Assembly (NCBI GenBank): GCA_964620755.1
Contig: CAZUHH010000008.1
Span: 191,172 to 255,171, forward strand
Length of the DNA stretch: 64,000 nucleotides
DNA from: an uncultured Bacteroides sp.
Lineage (GTDB): Bacteria; Bacteroidota; Bacteroidia; G022818785
Reading direction: 5' to 3'
Positions 11,855 through 21,659 of this stretch are shown piece after piece. Position 1 is the first letter of the stretch, and each line of letters opens with the position of its first letter. Below the pieces are notes generated by a model. The model saw nothing but the letters and a program-made list of their open reading frames with translations, ran no database searches and was not told the origin of the DNA. The translations under genes were made by a program, and so were the position numbers.

Positions 11855-12898
11855 ATGGCTAAAATAAATTTTGGAGGTGTTATTGAAGATGTTATAACTC
11901 ATAATGAGTATAGTATGAATCGTGCTGTAAATAATTTAAAAAATGAAGTAATTGCTGTTATAGGATATGGCATTCAAGGTCCTGGCCAAGCATTAAATTT
12001 AAAAGATAATGGATTTAATGTTATTGTAGGGCAAAGAAATAAATCAAAAAGTTGGGATAAAGCAAAAAATGATGGATGGATAGAAAATAAAGATTTATTT
12101 TCTATAGAAGATGCTTTACAAAAAGGTACTATAATTTTTTATTTATTATCTGATGCTGGTCAAATAGAATTATGGAATAAAGTTTATAAATATCTTAATA
12201 AAGATAAGACTTTATATTTTTCTCATGGTTTTGGCATTACATATAAAAAGTATACTGGAATTATTCCTCCTAAGAATGTAGATGTTATTTTAGTGGCTCC
12301 AAAAGGATCCGGCACTAGTTTACGTACTTTATTTTTGAATGGTGAAGGATTAAATGCAAGTTATGCAATATATCAAGATGCTTCTGGTCGTGCTTTAGAA
12401 AAAACACTTTCTCTTGGTATTGGAATAGGATCTTCATGTCTTTTTCCAACTACTTTTGAAAAAGAAGTTTATAGTGATTTGACAGGTGAAAGAGGAACAC
12501 TTTTAGGAGCTATTGCTGGTATATTTGAAGCTCAATATTCTGTTTTACGTAAAAATGGTCATAGCCCTAGTGAAGCTTATAATGAAACTGTAGAAGAATT
12601 TACTCAAAGTTTAATGCCTCTAATTGCTGCAAAAGGTATGAGTTGGATGTATGCTAATTGTTCTACTACAGCCCAAAGAGGTGCTTTCGATTGGAAAGAT
12701 CATTTTAAAAAAGCTACTGAACCTGTATTTAATAATATATATGAAAGTGTTAAAAGTGGTAAAGAAGCTCGTAATGTTATACTTGCTAATAGTAAACCTG
12801 ATTATCGTGAAAAATTGGATATAGAATTACATAATATGGAAAAATCTGAATTATGGCAAACAGGTATACAGTTGCGTAAATTGAGAATAAAATCATAA
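11855..12898 (+). CDS. ilvC: Ketol-acid reductoisomerase
   Basis: NADP-binding VIGYGIQGPGQALNLKDNG; start moved to ATG at 11855 (MAKINFGG), the track start 11813 is TTG overlapping ilvN. Confidence 0.9.
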   Translation: MAKINFGGVIEDVITHNEYSMNRAVNNLKNEVIAVIGYGIQGPGQALNLKDNGFNVIVGQRNKSKSWDKAKNDGWIENKDLFSIEDALQKGTIIFYLLSDAGQIELWNKVYKYLNKDKTLYFSHGFGITYKKYTGIIPPKNVDVILVAPKGSGTSLRTLFLNGEGLNASYAIYQDASGRALEKTLSLGIGIGSSCLFPTTFEKEVYSDLTGERGTLLGAIAGIFEAQYSVLRKNGHSPSEAYNETVEEFTQSLMPLIAAKGMSWMYANCSTTAQRGAFDWKDHFKKATEPVFNNIYESVKSGKEARNVILANSKPDYREKLDIELHNMEKSELWQTGIQLRKLRIKS

Positions 12899-12910
12899 AT
12901 TATACTGTGT

Positions 12911-12970
12911 AAAAGCATTTGTTTACATACTTATTTTTATCTAAAAATAAGTATATAAACAAATGCTTTT
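12911..12970 (+). terminator. Intrinsic terminator-like hairpin: 28-bp stem (27/28 paired), 4-nt loop, followed by TTTTTATT
   Basis: Left arm 12911..12938 aaaagcatttgtttacatacttattttt, loop 12939..12942 atct, right arm 12943..12970 aaaaataagtatataaacaaatgctttt; lies 13 bp after ilvC stop and 19 bp before next ATG. Confidence 0.6.
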
Positions 12971-12988
12971 TATTAGTAAAATGTTTTA

Positions 12989-14497
12989 ATGGTTAAAAAG
13001 TTACAATTAGTTAAAGGTTTTTATAACAATATAATTATTAATGACTTTAATAATGAAATTATATATTTAAAATATTCTCTTAATTTTTTTATTAAATTAA
13101 GCAATAATAAAAAATTGTTAATATTATTAAATACTGATTTATCTATAAATAATATTGAATATTTTAAATATATAATTTATCCTTTAATATCTACTAAAAT
13201 TATTAATAAGATATTTATTGTAAATAATAATTTAATCAAATCTTTCATTTGTAAAGAAAATATTTTTTTTTGCAATACAGTGTCACAGGTATGTGATATG
13301 ACAAAAATTAATTACGATAACAATAATGATATTTTATTGAAAGGTAATGATAAAAATATGATTAAAACTACTAATCATTTTTTTTGTATCAATAATAGCA
13401 ATACAATACTAAATATTAATTTAAATATTATAGAAAATAATTTACAAGTTTATAGAGATATTCTTAATAAGAAAACTAAAATTATGGCTATTGTAAAAGC
13501 ATATTCTTATGGATTTGGAGATATAATAGTCAATATATTACAATATTGCAACATTGATTATATAAGTGTTGCAAATACTTATGAAGGAGTTATTTTAAGA
13601 AAAAATGGCATTATATCCCCCATAATGATTATGAATTTTGATATTAATACATTTGACAGTCTTTTATATTATAATCTAGAACCTTCTATCTATAACTTTA
13701 AAACTTTAAAATTGTTAATATCATTCTTATTAAAAAAGAATATACATGATTTTAAAATACATATTAAATTTAATACTGGTATGAATAGATTAGGATTCGA
13801 TTATAAAGATATTATATTATTAGCAAATATTTTAAATAAATATTCAAATTTAATTATTATAAAATCAATATTTTCACATTTATCATCTAGTAAAAATATA
13901 TCATTTAAAATAATTACACAAAATCAAATTAAATTATTCAGTATAATAAAAAATAAAATGAAATTATACATAAAGTATAATATTTTATTTCATATTGCAA
14001 ATACTACAGCAATTATTAATTACCCCAATGCTCAATTTGATATGGTAAGATTAGGTATAGGATTATATGGTATAGATTATACAAAAAAATTAGATAAAAT
14101 TAAATTTTCAGCTTCTTTACAAACTATTATATCTCAAATTAGATATGTAAAAAAAAATCAAACAATTGGTTATAATTGCAAAGGTACTATAAAAAGAAAT
14201 TCTAAAATAGCTATTGTAAAAATAGGCTATGCAGATGGTTTAAAAACATATTATAATAATAATATAAATTATATGATAGTTAACAATATGAAAGCACCTG
14301 TAATAGGTAATATATGTATGGATATGACTATGTTGGATGTAACAAATATTAAATGTAAAGAACATGATATAGTAACAATATTTGATAATATTGATACACT
14401 TAATTATATAGCAAATATTTTAAATATTAGTCTTTATGAAATATTTACAAATATTTCATCAAGAGTAAATAGAATATATCATTATAGTTATAAATAA
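12989..14497 (+). CDS. alr: Alanine racemase with about 135-aa uncharacterised N-terminal extension
   Basis: PLP-lysine motif IMAIVKAYSYGFG at about aa 166-178 and C-terminal GNICMDMTMLDV; ORF is 502 aa versus about 365 aa for the catalytic domain. Confidence 0.8.
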   Translation: MVKKLQLVKGFYNNIIINDFNNEIIYLKYSLNFFIKLSNNKKLLILLNTDLSINNIEYFKYIIYPLISTKIINKIFIVNNNLIKSFICKENIFFCNTVSQVCDMTKINYDNNNDILLKGNDKNMIKTTNHFFCINNSNTILNINLNIIENNLQVYRDILNKKTKIMAIVKAYSYGFGDIIVNILQYCNIDYISVANTYEGVILRKNGIISPIMIMNFDINTFDSLLYYNLEPSIYNFKTLKLLISFLLKKNIHDFKIHIKFNTGMNRLGFDYKDIILLANILNKYSNLIIIKSIFSHLSSSKNISFKIITQNQIKLFSIIKNKMKLYIKYNILFHIANTTAIINYPNAQFDMVRLGIGLYGIDYTKKLDKIKFSASLQTIISQIRYVKKNQTIGYNCKGTIKRNSKIAIVKIGYADGLKTYYNNNINYMIVNNMKAPVIGNICMDMTMLDVTNIKCKEHDIVTIFDNIDTLNYIANILNISLYEIFTNISSRVNRIYHYSYK

Positions 14498-14506
14498 ATA
14501 TTTATA

Positions 14507-15811
14507 TTATAGAATAATTCTTTTTATTTTCCCTCCTAAAGAATTTATTTTAGTATCTATTGTTTCATAGCCTCTATCAATTTGTTCAATATTTTTAATT
14601 ATACTTTTGCCATTAGAAGACAGAGCTGCTATTAATAATGCTACTCCTGCTCTAATATCAGGTGAAGTCATTTCAATGCCATTTAAATTGTATTTTTTAT
14701 TTATACCTATAACAACTACTCTATGAGGATCACATAATATAATTTTACTACCCATATCTATCAATTTATCTATAAAAAAAAGTCTACTTTCAAACATTTT
14801 TTGATGTATTAATACAGTTCCTTTTGCCTGAATTGCTGTAACTATTATTATACTTATTAAATCAGGTGTTAATCCTGGCCATGGAGAATCATATATATTT
14901 AATATAGAACCATCTATAAAAGATGATATTTTATAGTGTTTATTGCCTAAAATTGTAATATTATTATTATCAATTTCAATAATAATACCTAATTTTCTAA
15001 AAATACTTAATATTATATGTAAGTCATCAATATAAGTATCTTTAATTGTAATTAAAGAATTAGTTACAGCTGCTAGTCCTATAAAACTTCCAATCTCAAT
15101 AATATCAGGTAATATGTAATGACAAGTTCCTGTTAAATAATCTACTCCTCTTATTGTTAAATAATTAGATTTAATACCATATATTTTAGCACCCATATTA
15201 CACAACATTTTACATAATTGTACTATATATGGTTCACAGGCAGCATTGTAAATAATTGTTTCTCCATAAGCTAATACAGCTGCCATTATAATATTAGCTG
15301 TACCTGTAACTGAAATTTCATCTAAAATAAGATAATTACCTATAAGTTTTTCAGAATTAATTTCAAATATATTTTTATAGAAATATATTTTTGCCCCTAA
15401 TTTTTCGAATCCTATTAAATGTATATCAATTTTTCTTCTACCTATTTTATCCCCTCCAGGATTAATGAGTCTTGTAAATTTATATCTTGTTAATAATGGA
15501 CCTGCAATCAATATTGAACCTCTAATCATAGATGAATATTTAATATACTCATCAGTATATAAATAATTTAAATTAATATTATCTGATTTAAAGGAATATG
15601 AATTTGAACTGATATTGTTAATTTTAACTCCTAAATTTTTCAAAATATTAATTAATATTTTGACATCTATAATATTTGGAATATTATGAATTAAAATTTC
15701 ATGATCGGTTAATAACGTAGCTGCTATAACTTGTAAAGCTTCATTTTTAGATCCTTGAGGTGTGATACAACCACTTAAAGTTTGCCCTCCAATAATTTCA
15801 AATCCTTTCAT
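14507..15811 (-). CDS. murA: UDP-N-acetylglucosamine 1-carboxyvinyltransferase
   Basis: N-terminal GGQTLSGCITPQGSKNEALQVIAA; distinguished from AroA (57247..58509) which has LPGSKSESNRTLI. Confidence 0.88.
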   Translation of the reverse strand: MKGFEIIGGQTLSGCITPQGSKNEALQVIAATLLTDHEILIHNIPNIIDVKILINILKNLGVKINNISSNSYSFKSDNINLNYLYTDEYIKYSSMIRGSILIAGPLLTRYKFTRLINPGGDKIGRRKIDIHLIGFEKLGAKIYFYKNIFEINSEKLIGNYLILDEISVTGTANIIMAAVLAYGETIIYNAACEPYIVQLCKMLCNMGAKIYGIKSNYLTIRGVDYLTGTCHYILPDIIEIGSFIGLAAVTNSLITIKDTYIDDLHIILSIFRKLGIIIEIDNNNITILGNKHYKISSFIDGSILNIYDSPWPGLTPDLISIIIVTAIQAKGTVLIHQKMFESRLFFIDKLIDMGSKIILCDPHRVVVIGINKKYNLNGIEMTSPDIRAGVALLIAALSSNGKSIIKNIEQIDRGYETIDTKINSLGGKIKRIIL

Positions 15812-16164
15812 TTAGCAATTGAATAATTACCTCTTTTTATTTTTGCTTTTTTTCCGTATTTATTTTTTATATAAAATATTTTTGATTGTCTAACAATACC
15901 TTTAAAATTTATATCTATCTTTACAATATTAGGAGAATAATAAGGAAATATTCTTTCTATTCCTATATTGTTAGATATTTTACGCACAGTAAAGGTTTTA
16001 TTATATGAGTTACCATTAATTTGTATTACAGTACCTTGAAATATTTGAATTCTTTCTTTGAGTCCTTCTTTTATTTTAAAATGTACAGAAATAGTATCTC
16101 CGGACTTAAAATCATATATTTGATTCTTTTTTAAAGAATCTTTTAAAAAACTTAATATATCCAT
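15808..16164 (-). CDS. rplS: 50S ribosomal protein L19
   Basis: FKSGDTISVHFKIKEG..RIQIFQGTVIQ and FTVRKISNNIGIERIFP match L19; overlaps murA start by 4 bp. Confidence 0.9.
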   Translation of the reverse strand: MDILSFLKDSLKKNQIYDFKSGDTISVHFKIKEGLKERIQIFQGTVIQINGNSYNKTFTVRKISNNIGIERIFPYYSPNIVKIDINFKGIVRQSKIFYIKNKYGKKAKIKRGNYSIAK

Positions 16165-16250
16165 TTTATAATATTATATTGATATTTTATTTATAAAATT
16201 AATAAAAAAAAATTAACTCTTAATAATTTTTCGTATCAAGAAAATTATAT

Positions 16251-17336
16251 TTATATATTATTTTTATTTATAGTGCATATATTGATTAATGAAGCTTCTA
16301 TATGAATATGTTTGTCAAATGATTTATTATAATTAAGATCACATTCATGCATTATTTTAATACTTTTAATTAAAAAATATTTATCTATAATAGATGTTGT
16401 TTTGCTATACTGATCATATAACATTTTAAAATTAATAATATTATTTTTATTAGAATCATATTTTAATATTAATATATTTCTCATATGTGTTAATATATCA
16501 TTTATAAAATATTGATAACTAAGACCTAGTATAATAATATTATTAAATATTTGTAGACTTTTACCAATATCATTATCATGTAAAGATATGATTATATCAA
16601 TAAAATCATTACTCTTAATAATTTTAAATTGATTAATTGAAGTATTATTTGTAATAGAATATATTTTGTCAAATGTAAATAAGGCATCCCTCATAGATCC
16701 ATTAGATCTTCTAGCAATTTCTAATAAAATATCATCGTTATATGCTATTTTTTCTTTTAAAGCAATAAATTTTAAATATTGTATAATTTTTTCATTAGAA
16801 ATATATTTAAATTCAAAAGTTTGGCATCTTGATATAACTGTAGGTATAATTTTATATTTTTCTGTTGTAATAAGAATAAAAATAACATGTTTAGGGGGTT
16901 CTTCTAATGTTTTTAATAAAGCATTGAATGCACTTTGTGACAACATATGAGCTTCATCAATTATATATATATTATATTTTCCAATAGCAGGTTTATATTG
17001 TAATTGACATATAATATTGCGCACATTTTCTACTGAACTATTTGACGCTGCATCTATTTCATTAACATTGGAATAATTTTTAATATAATTACTACAAGAT
17101 AAACATGTATCACAAGATTCAATATATTTGCTAATATTTTGACAATTTACCGTTTTTGCCAATATACGAGCACAGCTAGTTTTACCTACACCTTTACTAC
17201 CATAAAATAATATAGAATGAGGCAATTTATTAAATTTAATAAAATTTTGTAATGTTAATGAAATATCTTCCTGACCTATTATATTATTAAATTTAGTAGG
17301 ACGATATTTTAATGATGATGTTAAATATTCATTCAT
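16251..17336 (-). CDS. dnaX: DNA polymerase III gamma/tau subunit, short form (clamp-loader domains I-III only)
   Basis: Walker A GSKGVGKTSCARILAK, four-Cys zinc module (CDTCLSC), SRC motif ISRCQ, sensor GSMRDAL; only 361 aa. Confidence 0.8.
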   Translation of the reverse strand: MNEYLTSSLKYRPTKFNNIIGQEDISLTLQNFIKFNKLPHSILFYGSKGVGKTSCARILAKTVNCQNISKYIESCDTCLSCSNYIKNYSNVNEIDAASNSSVENVRNIICQLQYKPAIGKYNIYIIDEAHMLSQSAFNALLKTLEEPPKHVIFILITTEKYKIIPTVISRCQTFEFKYISNEKIIQYLKFIALKEKIAYNDDILLEIARRSNGSMRDALFTFDKIYSITNNTSINQFKIIKSNDFIDIIISLHDNDIGKSLQIFNNIIILGLSYQYFINDILTHMRNILILKYDSNKNNIINFKMLYDQYSKTTSIIDKYFLIKSIKIMHECDLNYNKSFDKHIHIEASLINICTINKNNI

Positions 17337-17480
17337 AATTATATTTTATTTTTAACGTAAAAAACAATTTTAATATTTTAAAATGAAATTATATTTTTGG
17401 ATTAAAAAATATTATATTTTATATATAAAACATATATAATTATATTGTTTTTTAAGTTAAATGTTAATACAATATTTAAA

Positions 17481-17915
17481 ATGTATATACAAATAATAAA
17501 TGGACCTAATCTTGGCATTTTAGGTAGAAGAGAAACTGATATATACGGTAATATTTCATTTGAAGAATTTTACAAAGATTTACAAAAACAATACAAAAAT
17601 ATAACAATATATTATTATCAAAATAATTCAGAAGGATTTATTATTGATAAATTATATAAAATAAATCCATCATGTAATGGCATTATTATAAATGCAGGAG
17701 CTTTAACACATACATCTATTGCATTATCAGATGCTATTAAGGCAATTAATATACCAGTAATAGAAGTACATATTTCAAATATTTACAAAAGAGAATTATA
17801 TCGACATAAATCATATATTGCTCCTAATTGTATTGGAAGTATAATTGGATTTGGTTTATATTCTTATAAAATGGGTATTGATTGGTTGATTAATAATTGT
17901 AGTTCTGTAAATTGA
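17481..17915 (+). CDS. aroQ: 3-dehydroquinate dehydratase, type II
   Basis: IQIINGPNLGILGRRE, INAGALTHTSIAL, IEVHISNI; start moved to in-frame ATG at 17481 (track start 17445 is TTG). Confidence 0.85.
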   Translation: MYIQIINGPNLGILGRRETDIYGNISFEEFYKDLQKQYKNITIYYYQNNSEGFIIDKLYKINPSCNGIIINAGALTHTSIALSDAIKAINIPVIEVHISNIYKRELYRHKSYIAPNCIGSIIGFGLYSYKMGIDWLINNCSSVN

Positions 17916-17921
17916 TATTTT

Positions 17922-19916
17922 ATGGGTAATAACAATAATCCTAAGTTAAAAATTTATAAACTATATAATAATATTCAACAGTATAGTTATAATTATTATG
18001 TTTTAGGGGAGTCAACTATTACAGATTATGAATTTGATAATATGATAAATGAATTATATGCATTAGAAACTAAATATCCTCAATATAAAATTGAAAATTC
18101 CCCAACAGATAAGATTTATAATAATGAAAAAAATATTGCGGTTAAACATATAAATCCTATGTTATCACTTTCTAATACGTATTCTGAAAAAGATTTATTA
18201 TTATTTGATCGTAGTATTAGAAAAAAAATTAGTTGGAAATATCAATATGTTTGTGAATTAAAATTAGATGGTATAGCATTATCAATTAGATATGTTAATG
18301 GTAAATTTTATCAAGCTATTACTAGAGGCAATGGATTATATGGAGAGGATATAACATATAATATTAAATATATGGCTGATATTCCTATGAAAATAGATAA
18401 TGTAAGTAATTTTGTAGAAATAAGAGGAGAAATTATTATTTTAAAGAGTGATTTTAATAAAATAAATGAGTATAGAAAAAATAAATCTTTATTACCTTTT
18501 TCTCATGGTAGAAGTTTTATAATAGGTGTAATTAAATTACAGCACTATAATCCTTTATATAAAAAAATATTAAAATACTATGCTTATGATATATATGTTG
18601 ACAATATAAAATTAAATAATCATTTTAATAATATATATATATTAAAAAGCTATAATTTAACTGTTTCAAATGATATAGAGATATGCAATAATATTAATAA
18701 AGTTATAAAATTTATTGCTAAATATAAAGATATAATTAATAAATTAAATTTTCATGTAGATGGTATAGTTATAAAAATTAATCAATATAAAATACAACAA
18801 TATCTAGGTAATACTTCTAAATATCCTAAATGGGCTATAGCATATAAATATCCTCCTAATGAAGTTGAAAGTATTGTTTTAAAGATTGTATATCAGGTTG
18901 GACGTACAGGTTTGATAACTCCAATAGCTAAAATAAAACCTATTAATATTTCAGATACTATTGTTAAAAGTATCAATTTACATAATTATTATGAAATATT
19001 AAGATTAGATATTAGAATCAATGATACTGTTTATATAAAAAAAAGCGGTGAAATAATACCTAAAATTACTGGTGTTAATTTAAATAAACGTTTATCTAAT
19101 GCTATAAAATTTATTTTTTCTATTAATTGTCCATCATGTAATAGTAAATTAATAATATCTAACAATAACAAATCACATTATTGTATTAATACAATATGTG
19201 ATAGTAAGATAATAAATAAAATTGTTCATTTTATTTCTAAAAATGCTATGAATATTGATAATCTTGGCATTAAAAATATTGAATTATTATATAAAAATAA
19301 GATAATTAACAACTATACTGATTTATATTCTTTAAAAAATAAAAAAAATTTAATAATGGCTATTAAGGGATTTAATCATACTATTATTAATAAAATATTA
19401 TACAGTATTGATAAATCTAGAAAACCTAAATTTCAAAATTTTTTGTTTGCACTTGGAATACCTTCTATAGGTATTGAAACATCTATTTTAATATCTAAAG
19501 AATTTAATAATATAAATGAATTAATAAATTATAATTTTAATAAATTACCTAAAATTATGAATATAGGACCTAAAATAGTTCATAATTTACATTTATTTTT
19601 CTCAGATAGGGAAAACAAGATATTGTTAAATAAATTATTAGTAGAAAATATAGAAATACAATATTATAAATCAATTAATAAAAGTAAAAAATTAAATAAT
19701 ATTCATTTTATTATTACTGGAACTTTTAAAAATTATAGTCGTAATGAATTAATAGATTTAATTCATATTAATGGAGGTATAATATGTAAAAATATGTCAT
19801 CTAAATTAAATTATGTTATTGCTGGTAATAATATGGGGCCATCAAAAAAATTAATGGCAGAAAAAATGAATATTAAGATAATATCTGTTAATGAACTATT
19901 AAAAATAATCAATTAA
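17922..19916 (+). CDS. ligA: NAD-dependent DNA ligase
   Basis: Adenylation lysine motif CELKLDG, zinc-finger cysteines (CPSCNSKL), 664 aa. Confidence 0.9.
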   Translation: MGNNNNPKLKIYKLYNNIQQYSYNYYVLGESTITDYEFDNMINELYALETKYPQYKIENSPTDKIYNNEKNIAVKHINPMLSLSNTYSEKDLLLFDRSIRKKISWKYQYVCELKLDGIALSIRYVNGKFYQAITRGNGLYGEDITYNIKYMADIPMKIDNVSNFVEIRGEIIILKSDFNKINEYRKNKSLLPFSHGRSFIIGVIKLQHYNPLYKKILKYYAYDIYVDNIKLNNHFNNIYILKSYNLTVSNDIEICNNINKVIKFIAKYKDIINKLNFHVDGIVIKINQYKIQQYLGNTSKYPKWAIAYKYPPNEVESIVLKIVYQVGRTGLITPIAKIKPINISDTIVKSINLHNYYEILRLDIRINDTVYIKKSGEIIPKITGVNLNKRLSNAIKFIFSINCPSCNSKLIISNNNKSHYCINTICDSKIINKIVHFISKNAMNIDNLGIKNIELLYKNKIINNYTDLYSLKNKKNLIMAIKGFNHTIINKILYSIDKSRKPKFQNFLFALGIPSIGIETSILISKEFNNINELINYNFNKLPKIMNIGPKIVHNLHLFFSDRENKILLNKLLVENIEIQYYKSINKSKKLNNIHFIITGTFKNYSRNELIDLIHINGGIICKNMSSKLNYVIAGNNMGPSKKLMAEKMNIKIISVNELLKIIN

Positions 19917-19919
19917 ATT

Positions 19920-20474
19920 ATGGGTATAATACATAATTTAAGAAATAAAATAGGATATATGCTACTAAATAGTACAATTAACAATTGTAAATATAAACAT
20001 TATTCTATTCCTTTTAAAAATGCAAACAATATAGGTGTTTTATATAATGTCAATAATAGTATTGATTTGTTAGAAATGAATTTATTAATAGAACTATTAT
20101 GTAAGTATAACAAAAACATTTATTTACTATATTATTCTAATAATAAGCAAAAATATATTAAAAATTATAATTATGAGTTTTTATATGTAAATTATTTTAA
20201 TAAAAAAAATATTAATTACATTTTTCATCCTAAATGTAATGTTGTACAATCATTTATTAAAACAGAATTTGATATATTAATTGCTATTTGTTTTTATGCT
20301 TTTTTGCCAATAGATTACATATCAGGATTATCAAAAGCTAAATTTAGAATAGGTTTATATAACAAAATTAATATTAATTATCTTGATTTAATATTTGATT
20401 TAAAAAATGATGATAATATAAATTCTTTTATAATTAATTTAAAAAGATATTTTAATTTAAAAGAAAAAATATGA
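19920..20474 (+). CDS. Hypothetical protein, 184 aa, no recognisable motif
   Basis: ATG 4 bp after ligA stop; stop overlaps dapA start (ATGA), which suggests co-transcription; composition N/I/K/Y-rich. Confidence 0.5.
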   Translation: MGIIHNLRNKIGYMLLNSTINNCKYKHYSIPFKNANNIGVLYNVNNSIDLLEMNLLIELLCKYNKNIYLLYYSNNKQKYIKNYNYEFLYVNYFNKKNINYIFHPKCNVVQSFIKTEFDILIAICFYAFLPIDYISGLSKAKFRIGLYNKININYLDLIFDLKNDDNINSFIINLKRYFNLKEKI

Positions 20475-21352
20475 ATAACTTAATAAGTGGTACTGGTATA
20501 GCAATTATTACACCATTTAAAGAAAATTATAGTATAGATTATATAAGTTTTAGAAAAATCATTGAACATATCTGTAATAGCAACGTAAATTTCATAATAG
20601 TTGCAGGTACTACAGGTGAATCATCTCTTATAAGTGATTATGAAAGATGTAAAATTTTTGATTTTATAGCAAATATTAATAACAACAGACTAAAATTAAT
20701 AGCTTGTATTGGAGGTAATAATACTAAATCAGTTATTAAAATGATTAAAAATTTCCATTTATCAAAATACTATAAAGCTATATTATCAATTAGCCCATAT
20801 TATAACAAACCATCTCAAGATGGTATAATAATACATTATAAAAAAATAGCTGAAGTTTCTAAACTTCCTATCATAATATATAATATTCCTCATAGAACAA
20901 GTATTAATATATTGGTAGAAACAATTATTAAATTATCTGAAATTCCCAATATTATTGGCATTAAGGAATCTAATAGTAATGTAATAAATACATATAATAT
21001 TATTAACAAAACTAATTCAAATTTTTTATTTTTTTCGGGCGATGAAACTTTATCATTATCTGATATGGCATTAGGAGCCAATGGAATAATATCTGTTATA
21101 GGTAATGCATATCCTAATTTAGTATCTGATATGATAAACAAGTGTTTAAAAAACAATTTTATAGATGCGAAAAAAATATATAATAAACTTATGAAGATAA
21201 CATCTTTAATATTTCAAGAAGGTAATCCCTCAGGAATAAAAGAACTAATGTATCATTTAAATTTTTGTACTAATATAGTGAGATTACCTTTAACAAAAGT
21301 CAGCTATGATTTATCAAATAAAATTAAAAAAACAATCAAAAATGATTTTTAA
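20471..21352 (+). CDS. dapA: 4-hydroxy-tetrahydrodipicolinate synthase
   Basis: GTGIAIITPF and IVAGTTGES motifs of the DapA/NAL family; 293 aa. Confidence 0.88.
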   Translation: MNNLISGTGIAIITPFKENYSIDYISFRKIIEHICNSNVNFIIVAGTTGESSLISDYERCKIFDFIANINNNRLKLIACIGGNNTKSVIKMIKNFHLSKYYKAILSISPYYNKPSQDGIIIHYKKIAEVSKLPIIIYNIPHRTSINILVETIIKLSEIPNIIGIKESNSNVINTYNIINKTNSNFLFFSGDETLSLSDMALGANGIISVIGNAYPNLVSDMINKCLKNNFIDAKKIYNKLMKITSLIFQEGNPSGIKELMYHLNFCTNIVRLPLTKVSYDLSNKIKKTIKNDF

Positions 21353-21522
21353 TTGTTTTTTATATTTTGTACTTCTAATCTTATATCTTGAGCTATATTT
21401 TTAAGCATTTGCATGCCTTTTCTTAATCTAGTTCCAGCTGCACCATTACCTTTTTGATAAAATTTTTCAGCATCTTTTTCTAATGAAGTTAATACTTCTT
21501 TAAAATATTCGAATTTTTTCAT
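21349..21522 (-). CDS. Histone H1-like (Hc1-type) nucleoid protein, 57 aa
   Basis: Manual minus-strand translation MKKFEYFKEVLTSLEKDAEKFYQKGNGAAGTRLRKGMQMLKNIAQDIRLEVQNIKNN; GNxAAGTR.RK motif of Bacteroidota histone H1-like proteins; absent from ORF track (below length cut-off). Confidence 0.7.
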   Translation of the reverse strand: MKKFEYFKEVLTSLEKDAEKFYQKGNGAAGTRLRKGMQMLKNIAQDIRLEVQNIKNN

Positions 21523-21659
21523 TTCACATTAAAATAAAATAATCAAAACCCATAGAATAATTATGGATTAATTAAAAATAGATATAAAATATATCATTTA
21601 TTTCTTATATTATAAATATTTTTTTTTGAAAAAAAAATATTTTATATAAAAATATATAC

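Noticed and set aside
21543-21560. Short hairpin (ccata-gaataat-tatgg) and T9/A9 palindrome in the Hc1-rnpB spacer as regulatory structures
   Set aside because: Stems too short or A/T-only to tell from chance; more plausibly part of the promoter region for the divergent Hc1-like gene and rnpB.
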